NCBI GenBank assembly: GCA_046155785.1
Contig: JBJXFR010000191.1
Coordinates: 7,925-71,924, forward strand
Reading direction: 5' to 3'
Length of the DNA stretch: 64,000 nucleotides
Origin: Blastocatellia bacterium
Lineage (GTDB): Bacteria; Acidobacteriota; Blastocatellia; RBC074
The notes under the pieces were generated by a model that was given only the letters and a program-made list of their open reading frames with translations, searched no databases and was not told the origin of the DNA. Position numbers and translations under genes: made by a program. Of this stretch, positions 30,099 through 39,195 are shown one piece after another. Every line of letters starts with the position of its first letter. The first letter of the stretch is position 1.

Positions 30099-30268
30099 TC
30101 CACGAAGCCACACGAAGAAAACACGAAGCTAAGAAAAGACTTTAAACAGGATGCTCAAGATTTTTTTTTAGGATTGACACGATAAGCGATTAATCTTGTC
30201 AATCCTGAACCAAATCTCGTTAATCCTGTTTTTGTTTTCTTAGTGTTCCCTTCGCGTGACTTCGTGGA
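30099..30268. repeat. 170-nt composite MITE-like element (module A TIRs flanking module B)
   Basis: The terminal inverted repeats are TCCACGAAGCCACACGAAG (30099-30117) and CTTCGCGTGACTTCGTGGA (30250-30268). The interior has nested palindromes (AGGATTGACA/TGTCAATCCT; AAACAGGAT/ATCCTGTTT) and is about 85% identical by eye to 55990-56085. Confidence 0.8.
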
Positions 30269-30311
30269 AGAGCATTTCTTCTTGAAGCCTGGATGTTGAA
30301 TTGTTGTGAGA

Positions 30312-31565
30312 TTACCGGAGCAACGTTCTTAGCGTCGCTTTATTGCCATCATTCCGAGCAGGTTTCAACTTCAGGATTTTTGCCATGACGTTGTAAAGGT
30401 CTACATTGGCGAACGGCTCGACGATTTGCCCACGCCGAAAAGCCGGGCCGTGTCCGATGAAAAACGCCCGCATGGATTCCAGTTGATTGTCGAACCCGTG
30501 CGCTCCGCGATAACTGACGCTGCCATCCGCCGACGGTTGAACCGGGCGAACGCGGTCTCGACTGTTCAAACTCCAACCTTCCTCCGCCATCACCACGATT
30601 TCACCGACGCGCGGGCTGGTTCCGTAATGAAAACGCGCCGGAATTTCCTGCTTGCGATACACCGCAACGTGCGGAGCTTTTGCTTTCAACGAAGCATAGA
30701 TGGCCTCGTCCATTCCAGGTTTCGGAAAGATGTGAACCATCGAACTGTTCCAGGCGATTTGATGCGCCTGTGTCGAGTCAAAGTAATCGTCCAGCGCGAC
30801 GACATTGCGCGGGTCTACTCTGGCCATTCCGTGATCGGACACGATCAGCAAATTGATGCGGTCGAAGATTCCGCGCGCTTTCAAACCTTCAACCAAACGA
30901 CTGAGCGCTTGATCCACTCGATCAATCGCTTGTTTGACGTTTTCGGAATTCGGCCCGGCGTCATGGCCACCGTGATCTACGTCGCTGTAATAAAGCGTAA
31001 TTATCGTAGGCCGTTCGGCTTGCGGCTTATCCAACCAGGACAAAATCGTGTCCACGCGCTCGAAGTTTGGAAAGTTGTCGTCAAACATTTTCCAGATGCT
31101 GGGGCGTTTGCCACCGATTTCGGCTTCGGTTCCCGGAAAGAAGAAAGCTCCGGAGCGTTGCCCCTGCTTTTCCGCCGTCACCCAAATCGGTTCGCCCAAC
31201 CACCATCGGCCGTTTTCGACTTCGGCCCGCTTGCTCATGCTGAAAGTTTCATTGAACTCCGCCGAGTACATGTTGTTGGCGACGATGCCGTTGTGATCCG
31301 GGTACAAGCCTGTAGCGATGGCGTAATGATTAGGAAACGTCAGCGAAGGATAAGACGGCGTCATCCACTTCGCCCGCACTCCCTTTTTGGCGAGCAAACC
31401 GAGCGTCGGAGTCGGATACTTATCCAGATAATCCGAGCGAAAGCCATCCAGCGAAATCAAAATCACAGTCGGCTTCAAATCTTTGATCAGCTTCGGCTCA
31501 GTTTGAGCCGAAACCCAGTTCGCCGCGAACAGCAAAGCAATCATTGCCAGAAAAGCACGCTTCAT
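30312..31565 (-). CDS. ectonucleotide pyrophosphatase/phosphodiesterase (alkaline phosphatase superfamily)
   Basis: 417 aa with a signal peptide and the motifs ISLDGFRSDY, TFPNHYAIATGLYPDHNGI and SDHGM. Confidence 0.88.
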   Translation of the reverse strand: MKRAFLAMIALLFAANWVSAQTEPKLIKDLKPTVILISLDGFRSDYLDKYPTPTLGLLAKKGVRAKWMTPSYPSLTFPNHYAIATGLYPDHNGIVANNMYSAEFNETFSMSKRAEVENGRWWLGEPIWVTAEKQGQRSGAFFFPGTEAEIGGKRPSIWKMFDDNFPNFERVDTILSWLDKPQAERPTIITLYYSDVDHGGHDAGPNSENVKQAIDRVDQALSRLVEGLKARGIFDRINLLIVSDHGMARVDPRNVVALDDYFDSTQAHQIAWNSSMVHIFPKPGMDEAIYASLKAKAPHVAVYRKQEIPARFHYGTSPRVGEIVVMAEEGWSLNSRDRVRPVQPSADGSVSYRGAHGFDNQLESMRAFFIGHGPAFRRGQIVEPFANVDLYNVMAKILKLKPARNDGNKATLRTLLR

Positions 31566-31694
31566 ATTGTTTTCCCCATACTGAACAGCCCAATAAACCT
31601 ATAGCATTTAATGTGGAAAGCCGCAGCTTTGATATTCGACTTATCTGAACATCAAAAGCTACGGCTTTCTTTTCGCCTAAACGATGTCGAAAGA

Positions 31695-34298
31695 CTATCG
31701 CCGAATTCTCAGCGAATAATCCGGCCAGCAATTCAACAATTCTTCAGACAGCTCCTCATCATTGAATCTGCCCAAAATGAATGGCAAACCGGTTGCAGCC
31801 GGAGCCGGAGCCGCGAATTTAGGATCAAGAATCTTGGCGATTTGATCCCGCACGTCTTCCAGATGCATGCGCGAAGCGCGGTCTGTGGCACGAGCAAGCG
31901 ATTTGGTGACATCGGCATTCAACGCGCGCAGTTCGCCTCGGATAAACGGACGTTGATCGTCAGTCGCCGGAGCGCGTCCATTCAGTTTGTCGCCCAGCAA
32001 ATCCAAATAAGCGCGTTGCAGGTTGCGACGGTAAGCGTCAATTTTGATTGCCGCAGTTCCGCTCAACTCGCTCCAAACGCCGCTGCGAACGTCAGCCATA
32101 AAATCCACAGGGCGATAAGCCTTGTCGCCGTCCATCGCTTCCTGTTCGACCAAACGAGCAAAACGCGATGAACTCATCAATTGGGACAGCGTCATTTGCT
32201 GAGCCATACGCACACGATCCAATGAACCATTGGTTTCGATTCGGCGCAAAATCTCAGGCTTCAGCATCCAGGTCGGAGTGGCAAACACATTGTCGCTCAG
32301 GAATTTAACGGCTTCGGCCTGACGTTCTTTGGAAATCGGCGTGAACAGAACGCCGTCCTGACCAATGTGTTTTTGCTGAGTCTGGAATCCGCCGACGATG
32401 GCCGTGACGTGTCCCATTTCCAACCGCCATTGGCCAATCATATCGCCGTAAACTTCTTCCAAATCGCTGTACGGCGCGCCTTTTTCTGTTGTCGTGGCGG
32501 TCATCAATAAATCAGCCACCCGCTTCAGATTCTTCAATCCCAAACCTGACGCTTTGACTGCATCGGCATCGCCGACGGCTTCAGTCAATTCACCGGGATC
32601 GGCTCCGCGCGACCGGGCGGTTGAAAATCGCAACCAGGGTTTTGAATCCTGTTCGCGTGCCCATTCGTCCAAAGTCTTCTTTTCGTCTTCGGAAGATTTC
32701 GCTCCAGGAATTGGCTTGTAACCCCACATCGTCGCCCATTTGTCATACGGGCCGACTTTGGGAATCAGGTCATCAACAGGAATCTTATCTTCCGGTTGAG
32801 CGACGTAATTGAACCGTGAATAGTCCATGATCGAAGGCGTATGCCCCATTTCTTTCAGCCATTTCGGATCCCGGATTTTCTCGAAGGGATACATCGAACT
32901 TCCCTTCATGTTGTGCTGAAAACCGAGCGTGTGGCCGACTTCGTGAGCAACTACAAAGCGCAGCAACTCACCCATCAAATCATCCGGGAACGGGAATTTA
33001 TGCGTGCGCGGATCGAGCGGGCCAACCTGCGTGAAGTACCACGACCGCTGCAAGTTCAAGATGTTGTGATACATCTGAATGTCTGATTCCAGAATTTCTC
33101 CGGTGCGCGGATCGTGAACGTGCGGGCCGCTGGCGTTTTCAATTGTCGAAGGCAACCAGCGCACAACGGAATAACGCGCGTCTTCGGGCGACCATTCCGC
33201 GTCATCTTTCGGAGCTTCTTTGGCAAGGATCGCGCTTTTGAAACCGGCGGCTTCAAACGCTGGCTGCCAATCTTCGATGCCCTGTTTGATGTATTTCACC
33301 CATTTTGTCGGTGTGGCCGGGTCAACGTAATAAACAATCGGTTTGACCGGTTCGGACATCGCAGCATTCGGGTCTTTCTTGTCCAGCCGCCAGCGAGTGA
33401 TGAAGGTGCGCTGCGGAGCGCGATGTTCGTCTTTGCTGTAATCCATTTTGCGGACGTTGAAATACCCGACGCGCTCGTCCATCAAACGCGGCATCATCGG
33501 ATTTTCAGGCAGCTTGACCATCGAATAATGCATGACCACCGAAGCGCTGCCCGTTCCCATTCCAGCGCCCAAAAACGGATTTGGCGGAGTCTGCGCGCCG
33601 CCGCCCAAAGTGTCAGCCGGATTGCTGAAGGTGTGAGTGGCTTCGACTTCGATGTTGGTCGGGAAGGACGTAATTCGTTCGATGAACGACCGCGAAGCGT
33701 CGAAGATTCGCGCGCGCAACCGAGACTTGGCGTTGAATTCGGTGACTTCGGTGTTGAACAAACTGGTCACGTCAATAACCACGGAATCGTCTTTGCCCAA
33801 AGCTTCGATGAAAAACGATTTGATGATGGCGTCGTTGTTCGCAGCCTGAACCGCTTTGGCCACAGGCGTTTTAGGATCGGCAACCACGTCATAAGAAATG
33901 TTCTTCAGGAAGACACGGTTGTTGTAACGATCCCATTTGATGACTCGATTGCCCATCGCCTGGCCGCCGTAACCTACGCCAAGCGTGGTTTTGGCAATCT
34001 GGCTGACCCACAAAAACTCTTTGCCGAGTTCTTTCTTCGGGATTTCGTAATAGACCTTTTCTTTGATCCGGTGAACTGTAAAAACGCCTTCGTCGGATTT
34101 GGCGTCTTTGGTGATTACCCGGTCATAAGGTTTGATCTCAGGTTCGCGGCTTGCGCCCGGAAAACCTGCGGGGGGACCTTGCGTCGCCGCAGGCGGAGCG
34201 CCGGTTGGCGGGTCCTGAGCGAAAACCGACGCTCCGACAACAACAATCGCGCTCAACCAGAGCAGGATTGTCCAGCAAGTCTTGAATGGACTTTTCAT
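31695..34298 (-). CDS. secreted zinc-dependent metalloprotease (DUF5117/DUF4953-type)
   Basis: The HEXXH motif is [14 protein letters not shown]. The start is ATG 34298, preceded by AGAGGAG, followed by a signal peptide ([15 protein letters not shown]). Confidence 0.8.
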   Translation of the reverse strand: MKSPFKTCWTILLWLSAIVVVGASVFAQDPPTGAPPAATQGPPAGFPGASREPEIKPYDRVITKDAKSDEGVFTVHRIKEKVYYEIPKKELGKEFLWVSQIAKTTLGVGYGGQAMGNRVIKWDRYNNRVFLKNISYDVVADPKTPVAKAVQAANNDAIIKSFFIEALGKDDSVVIDVTSLFNTEVTEFNAKSRLRARIFDASRSFIERITSFPTNIEVEATHTFSNPADTLGGGAQTPPNPFLGAGMGTGSASVVMHYSMVKLPENPMMPRLMDERVGYFNVRKMDYSKDEHRAPQRTFITRWRLDKKDPNAAMSEPVKPIVYYVDPATPTKWVKYIKQGIEDWQPAFEAAGFKSAILAKEAPKDDAEWSPEDARYSVVRWLPSTIENASGPHVHDPRTGEILESDIQMYHNILNLQRSWYFTQVGPLDPRTHKFPFPDDLMGELLRFVVAHEVGHTLGFQHNMKGSSMYPFEKIRDPKWLKEMGHTPSIMDYSRFNYVAQPEDKIPVDDLIPKVGPYDKWATMWGYKPIPGAKSSEDEKKTLDEWAREQDSKPWLRFSTARSRGADPGELTEAVGDADAVKASGLGLKNLKRVADLLMTATTTEKGAPYSDLEEVYGDMIGQWRLEMGHVTAIVGGFQTQQKHIGQDGVLFTPISKERQAEAVKFLSDNVFATPTWMLKPEILRRIETNGSLDRVRMAQQMTLSQLMSSSRFARLVEQEAMDGDKAYRPVDFMADVRSGVWSELSGTAAIKIDAYRRNLQRAYLDLLGDKLNGRAPATDDQRPFIRGELRALNADVTKSLARATDRASRMHLEDVRDQIAKILDPKFAAPAPAATGLPFILGRFNDEELSEELLNCWPDYSLRIRR

Positions 34299-34628
34299 AA
34301 TTGGTGACTCCTCTAATTCGTAGTTTTTCCGTTTTGATGGAATGGGTTGACGAAGCAATGGTAGTGGCGGACGCCAAAACCGCGCGCAGCATAGCCGTCA
34401 TTCTTCGGTAACTCAATAATACCGGCCTGCGCCAAAACTGGTTTCAGCTTTCTCTTCGGATGGTTGGAAATCGGCTGCTTGTCGTTCAAACGGCAGCCTT
34501 GCTATTCTCTGCCCGCCTGAATCAACACGAACAACCAGCAACACAAACAACCGAAAACTCTGGCGACGCGCCAGCTTCCCAGGCCACAGTCGTCGCCACG
34601 TTCAAACGTTTTTATCTCGAATGCCCGA

Positions 34629-35597
34629 ATGCCCAAAAAGGAAGCTGCAACACTGAAAAACATTCACTTTACGCCGTGGCATCTGCGAGACCGCACGCGA
34701 AACTTTCGGCGCAGATTTTCCAAAACCATTCAGTCGAATTTTTTCTACTCGTTCCTGTTCCTGCCAAAATTGAAGCGCGAAGCGATCATTGACGTTTATT
34801 CGTTTTGCCGAGCCGTTGACGATGTTGTGGACGACATCGCTCCTGGCGACCCCGACAGCTTTTCAATAGGGTCAATCGAAAAAGCCAGGCTGGAATTAGA
34901 CAAATGGCGAGCTGAAATTGGCGCCTTGTATGTTGGCCGGGCGACCATGCCGATTGCCGAACGATTGCAAGCCGTTCTGGAACACTTCCCAATGCCGAAA
35001 GAATACTTCGAGGAAATGATCAACGGATGCGAGATGGATTTGCGCGTTCACCGCTACGAAACCTTCGATCAACTTTACCAATACTGTTATCGGGTCGCGT
35101 CCATCACCGGGTTGATGTGCATAGAAATTTTCACTTACCGGTCGGCTCAAACCAGAGAATACGCTGTCAATCTGGGAATCGCGTTGCAACTGACAAACAT
35201 CCTGCGCGACATCAAGGAAGACGCCGACCGTGGCCGCTTTTACCTGCCGCAGGAAGATTTGTGCAGCTTCGGTTACAGCGAAAACGATTTGCTTAATTGC
35301 CGAATCAACGACAGCTTTCGCGCGTTGATGAAGTTTGAATGCGACCGCGCACGAAGCTATTACCGCAAAGCCGAAGAGTTGTTGTCGCCAGAAGACACGC
35401 CGACTCTGACCGCCGCCCTGACGATGGGAAAGATTTACTTTCGGTTGTTGGAACAGATCGAGCAGGTCAATTACGACGTGTTCAACCATCAAATTCGGCT
35501 CCATCGGCCTGAACGCTTTTACATCGCGTTAAGAGAATGGGCGCGAGCCACCAGGAGACAAGAGGACGGGGAGGCAGGGAGACGGGGCGATGCCTAA
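34629..35597 (+). CDS. squalene/phytoene synthase family protein (HpnD/HpnC-like)
   Basis: FFYSFLFLPKLKREAIIDVYSFCRAVDDVVDD and the second Asp-rich region are present. It overlaps the downstream hpnE start by 8 nt. Its own start is uncertain. Confidence 0.8.
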   Translation: MPKKEAATLKNIHFTPWHLRDRTRNFRRRFSKTIQSNFFYSFLFLPKLKREAIIDVYSFCRAVDDVVDDIAPGDPDSFSIGSIEKARLELDKWRAEIGALYVGRATMPIAERLQAVLEHFPMPKEYFEEMINGCEMDLRVHRYETFDQLYQYCYRVASITGLMCIEIFTYRSAQTREYAVNLGIALQLTNILRDIKEDADRGRFYLPQEDLCSFGYSENDLLNCRINDSFRALMKFECDRARSYYRKAEELLSPEDTPTLTAALTMGKIYFRLLEQIEQVNYDVFNHQIRLHRPERFYIALREWARATRRQEDGEAGRRGDA

Positions 35598-37011
35598 GCC
35601 AATCAATCCTCCCATCCACCCATCTCCCCGCTTCCCCGTCATCATCGTCGGTGGCGGTTTCGCAGGTTTAGCCGCTGGCGTCGAACTGGCTGAACAAAGC
35701 GTAAGGGTTCTGATGCTGGAACGCCGGGCGTTTCTTGGCGGACGCGCTTATTCCTTCACGGACAAAACCACAGGCGACACGATTGATAACGGCCAGCATT
35801 TGATGATGGGCTGTTATCACCACACGCTGAGCTTTCTGGAAAAGATCGGCTCGCTAAACAAATTGAAGTTTCAGCAAAACCCGCAAGTTGATTTTCTAAG
35901 CCTATCGCCCGATGGATCCCCCTCTCACGCCAGTTTCAAATGTCCTTCGTTGCCAGCGCCGCTTCACCTTCTGGCTGGGCTGTTCAAGCTGGAAACCATC
36001 GGTTGGAAAGATCGGTTCAACGCTTTGCGCGTCGGGTTGGAATTGCGACGACTGAATGGCAATCAAGCTTTGCTGGCCGATGTCACTGTGCGCGAATGGC
36101 TGACTCGGCTTGGCCAGACTAAAAAAATGCAAAGTCGGTTTTGGGATTTGGTGGCGTTGGCGACGCTCAACGAAACGCCGGATAGAGCTTCAGCCGATAT
36201 GTTTGCTCGCGTGTTGGATCAAGCGTTTATGCGAACGCGGCAGGATTCGACGATGGTTATTTCAAAAGTTGGCTTGAGCGAACTTTACACCGACGACGCT
36301 CGCCGATTCATCGAAGCTCGCGGCGGCGAAGTCCACTTGAACGCCGAAGTCGAACAAATCGAATTCAATGAAAATCACGCCGTAGCCGTGAAGCTGAAAA
36401 CCGGCGAACGAATTGCAGCCGAAGCCATCATCAGCGCAGTCCCATACTTCGCGTTGGGAAGAATGCTTCCAGCGGAAATCGCCGCCGCTCCAAATCTGAA
36501 ACATGCGCTTGAATTCAAATCGGCTCCGATTGTTTCGATCAATTTGTGGTACGCCGAACCCGTTACGAACGTTGAATTTACAGGCTTGCTGGATTCGCGC
36601 ATCGAATGGGCCTTCAACAAAAACGCCATCTCCGGCGACAGCCACAGCAGCCATCAACATCTGGTCCTAATCATCAGCGGCGCTCACGAAGCGGCTCGGT
36701 TAAACAAAGAAGAATTGATAGAACTAGGCATTGGCGAAATGCGACGCTTCTTTCCTGCTGCCAGAAAACAGCAACCGGTTCACGCCTTTGTCGTGCGCGA
36801 ACACGACGCGACGTTGTCTCACACAGTCGGAGTGGCTCGGCTTCGTCCAAAGCAGAAAACACAGTTTGAAAATTTCTTTCTGGCCGGAGACTGGACTGAC
36901 ACGGGTTTGCCCGCCACCATCGAAAGCGCGGTTTTCAGCGGTCAGCGGTGCGCCCAACACATTTGGCAAAAATGGTGGCATAAAAATGGGGAATCAGCCT
37001 TGAGGGCGTAA
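35590..37011 (+). CDS. hpnE: hydroxysqualene dehydroxylase-like FAD oxidoreductase
   Basis: IIVGGGFAGLAAGVELAE...LERRAFLGGRAYSF...DNGQH matches the HpnE/amine-oxidase pattern, and it is adjacent to the synthase gene. Confidence 0.75.
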   Translation: MPKPINPPIHPSPRFPVIIVGGGFAGLAAGVELAEQSVRVLMLERRAFLGGRAYSFTDKTTGDTIDNGQHLMMGCYHHTLSFLEKIGSLNKLKFQQNPQVDFLSLSPDGSPSHASFKCPSLPAPLHLLAGLFKLETIGWKDRFNALRVGLELRRLNGNQALLADVTVREWLTRLGQTKKMQSRFWDLVALATLNETPDRASADMFARVLDQAFMRTRQDSTMVISKVGLSELYTDDARRFIEARGGEVHLNAEVEQIEFNENHAVAVKLKTGERIAAEAIISAVPYFALGRMLPAEIAAAPNLKHALEFKSAPIVSINLWYAEPVTNVEFTGLLDSRIEWAFNKNAISGDSHSSHQHLVLIISGAHEAARLNKEELIELGIGEMRRFFPAARKQQPVHAFVVREHDATLSHTVGVARLRPKQKTQFENFFLAGDWTDTGLPATIESAVFSGQRCAQHIWQKWWHKNGESALRA

Positions 37012-37026
37012 AAGTTTAAGTTCCCG

Positions 37027-37058
37027 GTGTGTCGAGGGTTAGAAAACCCACGACACAC
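37027..37058 (+). terminator. hairpin after hpnE (GTGTGTCG-GGG family)
   Basis: GTGTGTCGAGGG-loop-CCCACGACACAC lies 16 nt after the stop and is preceded by TTTAAGTTCCC. The same design occurs at 41431-41476 and 62092-62122. Confidence 0.55.
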
Positions 37059-37101
37059 TCGTTTGTGCGTTGAAAACGGGAGGTTAATTTTTAACGCGCC
37101 C

Positions 37102-38980
37102 TTACTTCAAAACATTCACCTTCAACCGCGTAGCGTATTTGCTCGACCGATAAATGCGCTGAGTCGTTTTTTGGAAGTCTTCATCCTTCGCTTTGTAAAT
37201 GTTCAGGAACTTCTGCGGGTTGCGATCCACCAGCGGAAACCACGAGCTTTGAATGTGGATCATTATCCGGTGGCCTTTCTTGAAGCTGTGGTTCACATCC
37301 GGCATCGCAAACGGAACGTGAGTCACTTCGTTTGGTTTCAGAGGCTCCGGCTTCGCCCAACTCTTGCGATATTTGGCGCGCATCGGTTCGCCCCGAACCA
37401 GCATTTGATAGCCATCCATGCTGGCCATACCGGCCATAGAGTCTTGCGCTCTGGCTGGAAAAACATCAATCAGCTTGACGACGAAATCCGAGTCAGTCCC
37501 GGAAGTCGAGGCGTAAATATCTGAAAGAATCTCGCCCGAAATCGTCAGGTCTTCGGTCAACACATCGCTTTGGTAAACCAACACGTCCGGACGATTGGCT
37601 GAAAACCGTTGATCGTCGGTCATGTATTCGTAAGTCATATCGGGCGAAATGCGATTCAGGTGCGGCACGGGCTTGCTGGGGTCGCTGACATATTCGTCAT
37701 AGCCGGAAACCGCTTTCGGCGGATCAAACGACAGCTTGCCGTTGGGCTGAAGGTAGATGCTCTTTTCGGCGACGTTTTTCGGAGGCCAGGATTCGTAAGT
37801 CTTCCAGGCGTTCGAGCCGCTTTCAAAAACATAAGCTTCAGGCAACTTCATCTCGCCTTTGTCTTTCAGGAAATGGAGAAAGAATGGGAATTCGATGGTT
37901 TCCTGATAGAAGGCCGAAGTGTTCGATCCGAACTTCACGCCGCCCAGCGCGCTGCCATCTCTGCGCGACCAACAACCGTGACACCAGGGGCCTTCGACCA
38001 GCACGTTCCACGCTTTCGGATTGTTCTTTTCAATCTCACGGTAAATCCACAGCGGGCCTTGCACATCTTCGGCGTCGAACCAACCACCGACGGTCATCAC
38101 AGCCGGAGTGACTTTCTTCAAATGCTGCGGGACGTTTTGCAGTTGCCAGTATTCGTCATAATCGCCGTGCTCCAACCATTCATTCCAGAGCTTGTTTTCG
38201 TTTTTCATGTATTTCTGGGAATTGGGCAAAGCTCCCATTTCCAGAAAGAATTTGTAGCCATCCGCCGTCCCGTGATCGAAGCGCGAAAACTGGGCTACGC
38301 CAGGCCCGGTTCGCGGCCTGCCGAAGTTGATAATGAAGTTGAAAGCGTGCGACAGAAAATAAAGCTCCGTTGTGATGCATGTCGTCGCCCAGCCAGTTAT
38401 CAGCCATCGGAGCCTGAGGCGAGACGGCTTTCAGAGCCGGATGCGGATCAATCAAAGCTTGCGCGGCGTAATGACCGGGATAGGAAATTCCCCACATTCC
38501 AACACGCCCATTGTTGTTCGGAATGTTTTTCAGCAGCCATTCAATTGTGTCCCAGGTGTCTGTGGTTTCGTCTGCGTCTGTTGCACTGGCTTTTTTGGGC
38601 TTGTACGGACGCATCCAGGCAAAATCGCCTTCGGACATCGTCCGCCCACGCACATCCTGGTAAACAAAGATGAAACCTTCTTTGGCAAACAGCGAAGACG
38701 GGCCAAGCTGATTTCGATAAGCTTCCGCTCCATAAGGCGCGACACTGTATGGCGTGCGCTGCATAACCATCGGATATTTTTGCGACGTGTCTTTCGGCGC
38801 ATACACCGAAGTGAAGAGCTTCACGCCGTCGCGCATGGCAATTTGGTATTCGTGCTTGGTGTAATTGTCTTTGATGCTGAAAGCCGTTTGAGCCGAAGAT
38901 GTCGGCAAGGAGCTGAATGCAAATGCCGCCGGAATCAGCAAACACAGCAGCGTCACGAAAAGCAAGATTCGAGGTTTCAT
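37102..38980 (-). pseudogene. CocE/NonD (S15 X-Pro dipeptidyl-peptidase) family hydrolase, frameshifted
   Basis: Two overlapping ORFs (38180-38995 and 37102-38238) encode the N- and C-terminal parts. The protein-like sequence continues in the second frame (..YFLSHAFNFIINFGRPRTGPG..FDHGTADGYKFFLEMGALPN). The switch is at a T/A homopolymer tract around 38356-38366. Confidence 0.8.
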
Positions 38981-39195
38981 CACTTGATCCTCCATTGGGA
39001 TAATGGTTGTTGAGTGGTTTGACGGAAATTACGATCGAGCCGAAGGGTAAACGCCTCCCGGAAAACTGGCAAGCATTGAGGCCAAGCGGGTTGTCATTTG
39101 GCAAAAGGCTTCTGCTATAATCCGCCCCGCTTAATTCAAGTGTTCAACCCCTTACATCCGAATCGAAAAAGTAACGAGCTTTTTTAGCGAGCAGT

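Noticed and set aside
30058-30111. N-terminal extensions of track ORFs into repeats or spacers: GH10 at 30111, glutaminyl cyclase at 56565, sigma factor at 41678, pheS at 4053, M14 at 27073, and the large protein at 57576.
   Set aside because: The upstream starts are GTG or TTG inside repeat elements or lack a Shine-Dalgarno sequence. Downstream ATG or GTG codons give canonical signal peptides or N-termini and often have good ribosome-binding sites.
34460-34792. 110-aa plus-strand ORF overlapping the 5' end of the squalene/phytoene synthase gene, considered as an alternative N-terminus or frameshift.
   Set aside because: The conserved FFYSFLFLP...DDVVDD motifs are all in the 34629 frame. The other frame shows no synthase-like motif, so there is no evidence for a frameshift.
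38340-38380. Programmed ribosomal frameshift in the S15 peptidase.
   Set aside because: There is no known slippery heptamer or downstream stimulatory structure, and this protein family is not known to use recoding. A homopolymer indel, either a pseudogene or a sequencing error, is the simpler explanation.
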